Of a DNA stretch of 36,357 bases, positions 10,103 through 20,200 are shown piece after piece. The notes under the pieces are model-generated. The model saw only the letters and a list, made by a program, of their open reading frames with translations. It did not search any database and had not been told where the DNA came from. Source of the DNA: an uncultured bacterium (lineage in GTDB: Bacteria > Bacteroidota > Bacteroidia > Chitinophagales > Chitinophagaceae); the NCBI GenBank assembly GCA_903957405.1, contig CAJBPC010000288.1, positions 1 to 36,357 on the forward strand, given 5' to 3'. Positions within the stretch are counted from its first letter, which is position 1. Every line of letters begins with the position of its first letter. The position numbers were made by a program, and so were the translations under genes.

Positions 10103-11068
10103 TCAGTCCGGGCGGTTGAATACAGAGGCCCTCGCCTTGGACATTTCACCCAACATGGCAGGCACCAATTGAAAGGGGTCATAAGGAACGCCTTTGGAAG
10201 CTAGCGTTTCAACAGGCAGAAACCCCTTGTAACCGCTCTTTTTTAGGATCTTCATGATCTTTCCATAGTCGGTTTTCCGCTCAGGATTACGACCATGCAA
10301 CTTTTCTTTGACCTGCCAATTGATGGCATAGGGCGCGGTCTTTTCAATATCAACATACGGATCTGCCGTCGTGAAGCTTCCCGTATCGACAATCAAACCT
10401 ACCCCCCTGCTATTGATTTTTTTCAATATGGCAATGCAATCATCCGCATTCTGAAGCATGTCAGCATGGTTCTGGATACCGATCTTAACCCCATACTTCT
10501 CTGCATGGGCGACACATTCAAGAAAGCAGGAAATCATCCATCCGACGACTTCCTCACGTCTATTTTCGTACCCTTTAGGCATGGTCCCGGCAAACAGTCT
10601 CAACACAGGTGCCCCCAGCTTTGCCGCCACCTCGATCCATTCCTTTGCCAATGCCACATCGGCTGCACGCACGACAGGATCGGGTGATGCGAAATTATTC
10701 CGGATGCCCGTACCGCTAATGGCAAGTCCCAATCGCTTTGCCTTTTCACGCACCGCAGTGATGTCCGCATCAGACGGCACCATTGGATAGCAAGGAAAGT
10801 AATATCCGGTAATGTCAATTGCTTCAAGTTGTTGCAATGCACACCAGTCGAGTAGATTTGATATGGTGAATACGGGAAGGCTGTCGCGACTGTTCCGAGC
10901 CATCAGTTGGTCATGGAAAGAAAATGCATTCAGGGAAAATCTGATCCCGTGATTATTTTCCGATGGATTGATATCCTGCCCATGGCTTTTCAAAGGGCAA
11001 TACAAGACCGCGGTGGCCACCAAAACCAATAGGAATTGTCTGCCGGTTTTAAACATATGCAAATGCAT
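10103..11068 (-). CDS. Exported sugar phosphate isomerase/epimerase-like protein (xylose-isomerase-like / AP-endonuclease-2 TIM barrel)
   Basis: Motifs SLNAFSF, DITGYYF, AAKLGAPVLRLFAG, GIQNH, DTGSF, NWQVKE and GYKGFLPVETL. Signal peptide ends SHG|QD. The true start is likely 11068 or 11056, not the 11173 track start, which overlaps the sulfatase. Confidence 0.85.
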   Translation of the reverse strand: MHLHMFKTGRQFLLVLVATAVLYCPLKSHGQDINPSENNHGIRFSLNAFSFHDQLMARNSRDSLPVFTISNLLDWCALQQLEAIDITGYYFPCYPMVPSDADITAVREKAKRLGLAISGTGIRNNFASPDPVVRAADVALAKEWIEVAAKLGAPVLRLFAGTMPKGYENRREEVVGWMISCFLECVAHAEKYGVKIGIQNHADMLQNADDCIAILKKINSRGVGLIVDTGSFTTADPYVDIEKTAPYAINWQVKEKLHGRNPERKTDYGKIMKILKKSGYKGFLPVETLASKGVPYDPFQLVPAMLGEMSKARASVFNRPD

Positions 11069-11130
11069 TGATTGTATGTTATGATGAATTGAAAAAAACG
11101 ATCGTCTTTTCTTTTTTTCAAACAATGACA

Positions 11131-12582
11131 TCATTTTCCTCTGCCTTTTCTGCCTGCAGCCTCCCTTCCCCAATCCGGTTTTGTGATGTCAAGATCATCT
11201 TGCGTCCCCTGCATCTCCTTATGCAACAAACTCGTCATGGCTCTGATGCGATCCTGGTGTGCGCTACTCCCTGATAAGTCGACTGTTTCCCAAGGATCTT
11301 TATGCAGGTTAAAAAGTTGTGTCCTTAGCAATCCGTCAACATTGTATAAAATCAGCTTATAACCGTCTTGTGTCTTGAGGCTTCTGCTCCAGCTTCCATA
11401 GACATTGTAAATATGCGTGCGCATCTGACTCCTGTTATCCGTAAAGACATCCGTATGGCTTTTCCCTTCAACCGTTGCCGGCGGCACTACACCAAGATAT
11501 GCATACAGTGTCGGGGCAATGTCACTCAGATAGATGAAGCCATCATATTTGGAGCCTATGGGAATGCCCGGCCCAGACATGATCATCGGAACACGAATGC
11601 TGTGTTCGTACAGGTTTTGCTTTCCCAGTAAACCATGCTGGCCGACTGCCAAACCGTTGTCGCCGGCGAAGACGATGACGGTATGCTCTTGGAGACCATT
11701 CTTCTCAAGTGTCTGCAGAATCCTGCCTACCTGAGCATCCATCTCGGTGATCATGGCATAATAATTCGCCAGGTCTCCTCGCATGACCTTTTCAGTGAGC
11801 GGTCTCGGAAAAAGCTGCTCATCTCTGACATTCATATCTCCGTTGTCGAAGGGATGTTCCGATCTGAAATTGGGAGGGAGAATGATGGCAGCGGGATCAT
11901 ACTTCTTTGAATATTCCGCAGGTGGGGTTCTCGGGTCATGCGGTGAAGTGAAAGCGACATAACAGAAAAAAGGCTTTTCCTTTGCCACCGCACTATTCAG
12001 GAAGCGTATCGCCCCTTCAGCATAGAGCGTAGTACTGAAGGTGTCGCTGATTCTTTTTCGCGATTCAGGGTAAAGACCTGTCGAATCGAATGCATATACC
12101 GTAGGATGAAATTGTCCGCCATCCTTTTCAAAATGCATGCCCCCGAAAAAAATATCAGCTCCATTGCTGAACATCCTGTGGTGTGATGCTTTGTCACTAT
12201 GCCATTTACCGGCATGGAATGTGGTGTATCCCTGTGTCCTGAGTACTTCAGGAAGACTCACCAGGCTGTCAGGTATGATGGAGCCGTCCCTTGGGAGCCT
12301 GTTGACATACCTACCGGTGAGCAACATCACACGACTTGGGACACATACGGCACCCTGATGTCCACCCATGACATGGGCCTGTGTGAAAAACATGCCTTTT
12401 TTCGCCAGCTTGTCAAGGTTCGGAGTGAGTACCTGAGGGTTGCCTGCTGCGCCCAATGCATGATAACTGTGGTCATCGCTGTACAGGACAAGTACATTCA
12501 ACTTCTTGGCCGGGAAATTGGCTTGTGCCTTGACCGTGCTGATCGACAGAATCAACCCGATGGCTAACATGAACAAATGCAT
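11131..12582 (-). CDS. Formylglycine-dependent (S1) sulfatase, Cys-type, periplasmic
   Basis: NVLVLYSDD metal site, signature CVPSRVMLLTG, GKWH, PHDP, GDNG and GKQNLYEHSIRVP. Signal peptide ends VKA|QA. Start probably 12582 (track start 12636). Confidence 0.95.
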   Translation of the reverse strand: MHLFMLAIGLILSISTVKAQANFPAKKLNVLVLYSDDHSYHALGAAGNPQVLTPNLDKLAKKGMFFTQAHVMGGHQGAVCVPSRVMLLTGRYVNRLPRDGSIIPDSLVSLPEVLRTQGYTTFHAGKWHSDKASHHRMFSNGADIFFGGMHFEKDGGQFHPTVYAFDSTGLYPESRKRISDTFSTTLYAEGAIRFLNSAVAKEKPFFCYVAFTSPHDPRTPPAEYSKKYDPAAIILPPNFRSEHPFDNGDMNVRDEQLFPRPLTEKVMRGDLANYYAMITEMDAQVGRILQTLEKNGLQEHTVIVFAGDNGLAVGQHGLLGKQNLYEHSIRVPMIMSGPGIPIGSKYDGFIYLSDIAPTLYAYLGVVPPATVEGKSHTDVFTDNRSQMRTHIYNVYGSWSRSLKTQDGYKLILYNVDGLLRTQLFNLHKDPWETVDLSGSSAHQDRIRAMTSLLHKEMQGTQDDLDITKPDWGREAAGRKGRGK

Positions 12583-12748
12583 ATGACTAATTTCCTTGAA
12601 TATACGGAAGATACATTTTATGCCTTGACACAGCATGGATAAATGCGTGCATGACAGAAAGAATCAGACAATATTTCATTTGCATGTCCAGACATTTTGA
12701 GTCTTTGTGCTGTTCGACAGATGACGCGAAATGCCATTCAAATGACGG

Positions 12749-12827
12749 CAATATTATCAACGGATGCGGCCCCGAAAAGACAGCAACATTGAAACATGCA
12801 AATCCCCTTTAACAAGATCCTAAACCC
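12749..12827 (-). promoter_or_regulatory. Candidate HTCS operator pair and -7 promoter box for the sulfatase/isomerase unit
   Basis: ATGCAAATCCC (12795) and ATCCTAAACCC (12817) have a 22-bp period and 8/11 identity; the second is identical to 5694-5704. Minus-strand TAATATTG (12749-12756) is one mismatch from the Bacteroidota -7 consensus TAnnTTTG. Confidence 0.45.
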
Positions 12828-12859
12828 TATTGTATGGAGCAGTTTGTATGAAAAGATCC

Positions 12860-14011
12860 TTATTTCAAGAGATCATCCAATCGTGCATAAAATCCATCAT
12901 CCTCGCCTACAAATCGATCGAGGATCTTCCCTTGTGGGTCTACAATGATCTTGGTAGGATACCCGGCGACATTGTATTTAAGCACATGATCATCCTTGGA
13001 GGCATTCAGGACGTGGTGCCAAGCAAAACCCTGGTTATCGTTCAAGAATTTTTTCCATCTTTCTCCGCGGTCGGATTCCTTTGCCACACCGACAATCTCC
13101 AACTTCCCCTTGTATTTTTCGAGATACTCCTTCATCCTAGGCATCCCCTTGATGCATGGGACACACCAGGTACCCCAGAAATCTATGACGACATATTTTC
13201 CTTTCAACGATGCAAGCGAAAATGGTCTTCCGTCAGGGGTATTCATGGATTCGATCATGGGGGCTTGATCACCTTTTCGGGTGGTTAGGATTCCCTTAAC
13301 ACGGGCATCAACCTCCTTGTAGTAGGTGATGTCGCTCAAACCGGTATCGAACTTCCTGAAGACATCTATCGCATCTTCGTGACTGATCTGCGAGCGGATC
13401 ATCATATCTGACAGAAGCCATGCAGCGGCCGCAGAAGAAGGATTATTCCGGAGGAATTCCATCTTGATCCCTACAACCTGCTTATCCATTGCCTCGATCG
13501 AGTCCTTCATGGCTCGGATCACGACAGAATCCGTTACAAGCTTGTTTGCGATGCGCACGTTCATATTCACTGCACGATTGGTCAACGGATTGATGGAGCG
13601 GTTCAAGGATGCCAGATCGTTATTTGCAGGATCGCCTGCCGGATAGGCATGCACGAAATCTGTGACTTCTCCTGATACCTTGATCTTCGCTCCAGGGTAG
13701 ATGAACAACTGCAGTAGCGATGACTTGACCGGATAATATCCGTTACCGACACGTTTGACTATTTTTTCAACTCCAGGCGATATGATCAAGTAAGAGAAAT
13801 TGTCCGTCTTTGAGGAAAAAGAAAATGAACCGTTTTCCAAAGTGATGCTATCCCTTCGAAACCCACTTGGGCTTTTTTCATCAGGAATATTGAGGAACAT
13901 CACCTTGCTGTCAAGTCCTTCGATCTTACCGCTGATCGAAAAGTCGACTGACTGCGCCTGTGACATGGATATGGAAACGACCGATAATGCAGACAGGATG
14001 ACGTTTTTCAT
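12860..14011 (-). CDS. TlpA/ResA-like thiol-disulfide oxidoreductase with DUF4369-like N-terminal domain
   Basis: Signal peptide SQA|QS, C-terminal thioredoxin fold KGKYVVIDFWGTWCVPC, and cis-Pro loop GYPT. Confidence 0.92.
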   Translation of the reverse strand: MKNVILSALSVVSISMSQAQSVDFSISGKIEGLDSKVMFLNIPDEKSPSGFRRDSITLENGSFSFSSKTDNFSYLIISPGVEKIVKRVGNGYYPVKSSLLQLFIYPGAKIKVSGEVTDFVHAYPAGDPANNDLASLNRSINPLTNRAVNMNVRIANKLVTDSVVIRAMKDSIEAMDKQVVGIKMEFLRNNPSSAAAAWLLSDMMIRSQISHEDAIDVFRKFDTGLSDITYYKEVDARVKGILTTRKGDQAPMIESMNTPDGRPFSLASLKGKYVVIDFWGTWCVPCIKGMPRMKEYLEKYKGKLEIVGVAKESDRGERWKKFLNDNQGFAWHHVLNASKDDHVLKYNVAGYPTKIIVDPQGKILDRFVGEDDGFYARLDDLLK

Positions 14012-14053
14012 GGTTATTATGCTGTTGATTTGTGAAATTTTACAAAAAGGAAG

Positions 14054-15592
14054 TTAAAGAAGGGATCGTATCATCAACTCCAACGTGCGTTCATTATCCT
14101 GAGTGGTTCGGAAATTCGCGTACACGATATTACCTTCCTTATCCAACAGGAAATTCGTCGGTTCTCCCCTAACGCCATAGTTGTCCTTTGCCCAATCACT
14201 GGTAGCCCGGAGTGGGGTGAAACTGTATTTTGTACCCTTCAAAAACGGTAGGACATAATCATCCTGCGAAGGGAAAACATTTATCCCGAGATAAGCGAAT
14301 GATGTATCCTTGAATTTTCCAGCCACATTTTCAAAATGCGGGAATTCAGCCCTGCAGGGACCGCAGCCGGGGAACCAGAATGTGATCAGCACGGCCTTAC
14401 CTTTGAAATCAGAAAGTTTTGCATGGGCACTTGAAGTGTACAGACCCAGGTCGAAGGGGTAAGCCGGTTTTGAATTTTTCTTACGGATCGCATTGATCTC
14501 ATCCGAGATCTGTGCGTCGGTTTTTCCGATCTTTCGACCGTAGAAAAATGCCGATTCGCCCAGTTCGTCTGTAGGGGCTTTTGCCTGCAGTTCCACGAGT
14601 GATTGATATCCCAATGCCGTCTGTCCCGATTTGTCTGCAAGTGACGCTTCCAAAATGGGTATGCGGGAAAGTTGAGCTGATGACCTGAGCTTTTTGAGAC
14701 GGACAACGGAATCGTATGCCTGTTGGTATTTGCCAGCCTTTATCAGGGAGGCGGTCACGGCTAGCCCGTTCGCCAATACAACCTTTTCCTGCCAACCCGA
14801 TTGGGTCGACATTTCGCGGGCAAGATTGCCAGCCTTTTCATTCTGCTCATTGTTGAGGTAGGCATTGAACAGTAGGCTCATTCCGCTAGCGGACCAGTTG
14901 AATTTGGACGGGGCATACCGTTTCTTGAGATCCTCAAGGATGTTGATTTTCCCCGATGGGTCTTTGACATTATACCCCAGCCAGTAGAGACCCTGTGCAC
15001 CGCGTTCATGTGCAGGAAATCTATCAGCAAGTATATAGATCAAATTCTTGAAATGTGCCATGTCTTTATCATCAAAATACATGGCATAATAAAAGGCGTA
15101 GGAGGGATTGCTGCTGTCTGCCAACGATGCCATCCGCATGTACTCCATACCCTGTTCCTGGTTTCCCCAACGCTCGGCATCGATCGAAAGTTTCAGGTAT
15201 GCTTCAGCGTTAGTAGGATCCAGGGCGACGGTCGTTTTTAGATAGGAAGTGGCCTTTGGACTTTCGTTCTCGTAATACGCGGTACCGACGGCATAATGCA
15301 CGGTGGCATTCCGCGGAAATTTCCGAATCCACTGATCATACTGGCTGCGCATGGCTGATTCTGTGCTGTCATACCTGGATTTATACCTCTCGGCATACCA
15401 GTAAAGATTGGATTCCCAACCGATGGACCGAATGTACTCGTGGTGGAAGGCGAGGCTGTCGGGTTCTTGGCCGACCTTTTCAATCCAATAACGAACGCTG
15501 TCCTTGTTGATGACACGCAGCGGCTTGGCGACCTGAGCTCCGGCGTCAAATGCATACAGGAAAAAAATAATGGCAAGCAATCTCCCGATCAT
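14054..15592 (-). CDS. TPR-repeat protein with C-terminal TlpA-like thioredoxin domain
   Basis: Signal peptide AGA|QV. Helical TPR-like region (ALDPTNAEAYLKL). C-terminal LSDFKGKAVLITFWFPGCGPC and GEPTNFLLDKEG. Confidence 0.88.
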   Translation of the reverse strand: MIGRLLAIIFFLYAFDAGAQVAKPLRVINKDSVRYWIEKVGQEPDSLAFHHEYIRSIGWESNLYWYAERYKSRYDSTESAMRSQYDQWIRKFPRNATVHYAVGTAYYENESPKATSYLKTTVALDPTNAEAYLKLSIDAERWGNQEQGMEYMRMASLADSSNPSYAFYYAMYFDDKDMAHFKNLIYILADRFPAHERGAQGLYWLGYNVKDPSGKINILEDLKKRYAPSKFNWSASGMSLLFNAYLNNEQNEKAGNLAREMSTQSGWQEKVVLANGLAVTASLIKAGKYQQAYDSVVRLKKLRSSAQLSRIPILEASLADKSGQTALGYQSLVELQAKAPTDELGESAFFYGRKIGKTDAQISDEINAIRKKNSKPAYPFDLGLYTSSAHAKLSDFKGKAVLITFWFPGCGPCRAEFPHFENVAGKFKDTSFAYLGINVFPSQDDYVLPFLKGTKYSFTPLRATSDWAKDNYGVRGEPTNFLLDKEGNIVYANFRTTQDNERTLELMIRSLL

Positions 15593-15629
15593 GGAAAAAA
15601 TTTATATGTTAGATTCTCAGGCTGTCAGA

Positions 15630-17189
15630 TCAATATTTATTCTGCTCCAACTGACCCTGACTGGAGAGGATATCCGCGTAAGGCAAAGGCAGCGCATACT
15701 TCCTGGAATTCGTCGGTATGGTGATGGTTTGAACGGGTGAGCTGGTGACTGCACCGGTGAGGTTTACAGGATAGAAGGTTTTTGTGATCACGACATCATC
15801 AGAAGGATCTGCGTTCGAGTTGAAACGACGGATATCGAACCACCTTGCATGAAAGGGCATCTCACGTCTTCTCTCCTGCAGTACCTTGGCCACGGCCTCT
15901 GCCTGGCTCGCTGCCGTAAGTGTGACCCACGGACCCGGCTTCATCCTTTTTGCCCTGAGGGTGTTGATAGCGGTCATTGCCCCTGCAGCATTACCGGTCC
16001 GCGCGAGGCATTCCGCCCTGATGAGGAACATCTCGGCCGTAGTAGGCCCGGAAGGAAGCCTGTCCTTGAAGAAATGAATGTACCCCGGATAGCTGAATGC
16101 GGGACTGGCGTTCATGCCTCTGTCATAGGAGTATCCTTCTACCATGTGGTATTCATATCGCAGGTCATTCGTCTGATCATACAGATTCAGCAGGTCCTGA
16201 CTCGGGATATACCACCAGGATCCGTAATTAAGCATCCTGAAATAGAGGAATTCCTTCCAGCCGACCATATCCGTCAGATCGATCTGATTATTATGGGTAT
16301 AAGGATATCTCACGGTGAATGTCGATGCATTGGGTGTACCTGCATTGATGGATACGCTTTGGTTGTTTCCGTATCGCATGTCGGTGCTGAGGTTGTAATC
16401 GTTCAGCACATTATACTCGGCCAAGGCAAGGTCTGCGTACTTCAACGCGTCACCGTACTTATTCCTGGAGAGGTAATATCTGGCGGCAAAACCATTTGCC
16501 GCAGCGGTACTGGAACGCCAGTGTTGGGCCTTCCCCGCTACTACCAGTGGCTTGTTGATCTTCAATGCCTCGATGAGATCCGCCTCAATGAACTTATGGG
16601 TCTCTTCGATGGATTGACGTTTCAGATCTTCCTGGAAGCTGGGAGATCTTTTGATGGGTAAGCCGGGTTCTTTCTTGTTGGCTTCTGTGTAAGGAAGGCA
16701 GTAGGTCTCAGCCATCTGCCAATAGGCATAAGCCCGGATGAGGTATGCATCTGCTTTTATGCGCTGCTTTTCAGCATCTGTACCAACCACCTTGTCAACA
16801 TTGCCGAGGATGGCGTTGGCATAAAAAACATCCCTCCATTCACCCGAAGAGCTGCCCCAGAGAAGATCACCTGATGTGGCGGTGGGTATGTTCTCCGTGT
16901 CCCAAAATGCATGCAAGAGGTTTGCAACGAAATTGTTTGTTGCAGGACGGGCATCATAGATCGCTTTGGTCAGACCATAGTCATCCGTATGAAGGAAAGA
17001 AGGATTCTGATCCGCGTAATATATGGAATAGTTCTCCAGCAGGGCATTCAGCTGGTCCACCGTTTCCACAGGCAATGATGAGTTCTTGCTGGGGCGTGCA
17101 TCAAGGAATTTCTCGCAGGATGAAAGGGTTGCCAACAGCGGCAAAATAGCAAGGTATCTGAGATTTTTTAATAAGATCATCTTTATCAT
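15630..17189 (-). CDS. susD: RagB/SusD family lipoprotein
   Basis: Lipoprotein signal LSS-C-EKFLD. Motifs DAYLIRAYAYW, TTAEMFLIRAECLAR and ERRREMPF-RWFDIRR. Downstream of susC. Confidence 0.93.
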   Translation of the reverse strand: MIKMILLKNLRYLAILPLLATLSSCEKFLDARPSKNSSLPVETVDQLNALLENYSIYYADQNPSFLHTDDYGLTKAIYDARPATNNFVANLLHAFWDTENIPTATSGDLLWGSSSGEWRDVFYANAILGNVDKVVGTDAEKQRIKADAYLIRAYAYWQMAETYCLPYTEANKKEPGLPIKRSPSFQEDLKRQSIEETHKFIEADLIEALKINKPLVVAGKAQHWRSSTAAANGFAARYYLSRNKYGDALKYADLALAEYNVLNDYNLSTDMRYGNNQSVSINAGTPNASTFTVRYPYTHNNQIDLTDMVGWKEFLYFRMLNYGSWWYIPSQDLLNLYDQTNDLRYEYHMVEGYSYDRGMNASPAFSYPGYIHFFKDRLPSGPTTAEMFLIRAECLARTGNAAGAMTAINTLRAKRMKPGPWVTLTAASQAEAVAKVLQERRREMPFHARWFDIRRFNSNADPSDDVVITKTFYPVNLTGAVTSSPVQTITIPTNSRKYALPLPYADILSSQGQLEQNKY

Positions 17190-17206
17190 GATGCTTTTTT
17201 TTACGA

Positions 17207-20200
17207 TTAAAAATCGAATTTGATCCCGAATGTGAACTTTGGTCTGGGGTTAAGTGTGGCTAAAGGATACAGTGGATCTTCCCCATACTTGTTGGCCAAT
17301 GACACGAACATATCGTTGCCCTGCGCGTACACTTGGAAATTCTTCATACCCACCCTGCTGAGCATGGCGGAGGGCACCCTGTAAGTCAGATTGACTTCCT
17401 GAAGCCTCAGCCATGATGCATTCTGGGAGAGATAGGAGAGGTTGTTGTAGAACCTGTCCCAGAAAAAGAAACGCGGCTCGTTGGGATTGACGGGGAGCGT
17501 CAGCAGTTCTGCCGATTTCCCGCCTGTGACGTCTGAAACATACTTGTTAGGAAGCATCCTGATAGACGACCACTGAACGGGATAGTTGAAGCCGCGTCGC
17601 TGAAAGACATGCCCGAAATTCCCGGTGATGATGAACGAAAGACTCAGGTTCCGATATTCGAAATTGTTCATGAAACCGAAAGTGAACGGAGCCACCAGTG
17701 TGCCTGTATTCTCCAGATAAGTCCTGCCGTCACCTGGTACGAATGTCTGCATGTCGTAATTCACATCGCCAGGCCCCAATACCGTGGGCTGGTTAGCCGC
17801 GTTGAATCCGGTGTATTTAAACATCCACATGGTATTCGCATTGTAATCCTCCACATAAGAGGATGTGCTACGGGCGATCATCGATGAGGAATTGTATTGC
17901 GCGATGAAAAGGTCGGTAATTTTGTTCCGGTTGTAGGAGAGATTCATGTTACCCGTCCAGCGCAGGTCCTTGGTGATGCGGGCTTCTGTACCGATCTCCA
18001 ACTCGATGCCTCGATTGACCATCGCAGCATTATTGAGCCTCTGTGAAGCCGACCCGTTCACGTTCGGTATGGAAATCACGGCGATCAGATCTTTCCCTGT
18101 CCGTTGATAGAGGTCAATCTTACCGAACAGTTTCCCTTTGAAAAGCCTGTAGTCTATCCCGATATTTGTCGTTGCCGTCTTCTCCCAACGAAGTGTGGGA
18201 TTGCCAAGGCTCGTGAAATTGGCGGTGTAGGCTCCTGTCAGCGTATTGGGGATCGAACTCAGGGAGATCAACGGCATGAAGGCAGTGCTCTTGTCAACAT
18301 TTCCGTTATATCCAAAAGTTGCCCGGAGATTGAGCCTGTCGATGAAGTCAACATGCTTCATGAAATCCTCTTTCCAAACCTGCCAGCTGCCACCGACAGA
18401 CCAGAATGGCGCATATCGGTATGACGGATCGTCTGTGATCAGATTCGATGCATCCGATCTGAAGCTGCCTGATAAAGTGTACTTGTCGCGGAAAGTATAC
18501 GATGCGTTTGCAAAAGCGGAGAAGAAACGCTCTGTCGTATAACCGAAGGAGTTCGTATATCCGAAGGACTGCGTCTGATTGAGCCAGTTGCGGATGACCA
18601 GATTGGTCGGAGGCAATGTCCCGTTCTGGTTGCCATTGCCGGGTACCCCCCCGGGGCCGTTAGGGAAATTACCCAATTGCAATGTCGCATCGTTATATCC
18701 ATAGGTACGGGGATTGTTGAATGTCTGCACGACCGAACTCTGCAACTCGGTACCACCGACAAAATTTACTTCATGATCCTTTCCGAACTCCCTGTTGAAA
18801 GATAGGAGATTCCTGAAATTCCATGCAGTCAGGTTGACACGGCTCTGATCGAGGATCGACCCTTTCGGCAGGTTGGGGAGCGGAGCCGTGGTCATTGATG
18901 TAAGCAAGCCCGGATTCCAAAATGCCGCCTGGTTCACTGACTGACGGACGGTAAAGCTATTCTCGTCATACAGGTTGCGTGTAAACGTATTGAAATTTTC
19001 GTATTGAATCCTCGACTCGATACTCAATCCCTTCATGGGTTTCAGCGTCAGGCCGCCCTGAACCCTGCCGTTGAGCTCCGTATTGACCAGAGATCGGCTT
19101 GATATCTCCCTTGCAGGGTTATAACTCCAGTCGCTGTAAGGGAATAGACTTGTTGGTACCTGCCTTTTGATCAGCGGCAGATAATATTTCAGGCTCGTAT
19201 TGGTCAGGCTGCCGTCGGGGTTCTTAAGCATCTCATATGGTGAAAGGCTTGAGATCTCGGCCAGGTTCGTTCCATTATTGGTAAACTTATTGTACTGCAA
19301 CATGGTATTCATCGAAAGATCCAGCCACTTGGTGAGATTGACCGTTGTCCGATAATTCATCATGAAACGATCGTTGTAGGTCTCCCTGAAGTTAGACTGG
19401 TTCTTCTCCATCATCAGCGAAAGGGCATTGTTCATACGCTGCGTCGCGCCATACAAACTCAGGTTATATTGCTGCGTGACCGGCCTTGCCAGCAGCATAT
19501 CCCCGATCTGGCCGCTGTTGTCCAGCGTCTTTAGACTGTCCAGTGTCTTGTCCCTTTGGGCAAGCGTTAGGAATCCGAGATTGTGTTCATTCAACGCACT
19601 CTGACCCAACGTCCAGTTCCAAGCCTGGTTGGAGGCCAATACGCCGGTATTCAGCAACGCTCCCCACTTATTATATGCCAATTTCTCATACTCGACCGTC
19701 TCCGAAGATGTTGCATGAGGCCTTGAATAGCCGAGGTCTATCTTTCCACCTATCCTTGTGAATGCGGAGAACTCCACTTTCAACGGATTGCCTCTGCTTG
19801 CACTCTTCGTTGTTACAACGATCACGCCGTTGACTGCACGAGCCCCCCAGATGGATGAGGCAGCTGCATCTTTAAGGATCGTTACCGACTCGACATCATT
19901 GGGGTTTATGGCGTTGTATGTCCCTTGTATCGGAAACCCATCCACCACCACAAGTGGCTCCTGGTTCGCATACAAGGTGGAAAGGCCGCGGATTTGAAAG
20001 AACGGATTACCTTCCTCATCCATGCGCAACGCCTGAACGCCGGCATTGGTGCCGATGATCCTTGACGCTATGTTGGTGGCTGGTTTATCAAGTTGCTGCC
20101 TGCTCACGGTACCGAATGCGCCTGTGGCCCTTTCCTTAGGTATGGTTTGATAACCCGTAGAAACCACGACCACTTCACCGAGTGTTCCCTCATCGATTTT

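Noticed and set aside
11069-11173. Apparent overlap of the isomerase ORF with the sulfatase 3' end
   Set aside because: An artefact of the longest-ORF start; the signal peptide begins at 11068 or 11056.
15849-16661. 270-aa plus-strand ORF, and the many other antisense ORFs in the track
   Set aside because: They lie opposite well-supported genes and have no recognisable motifs; this is expected shadow from codon bias.
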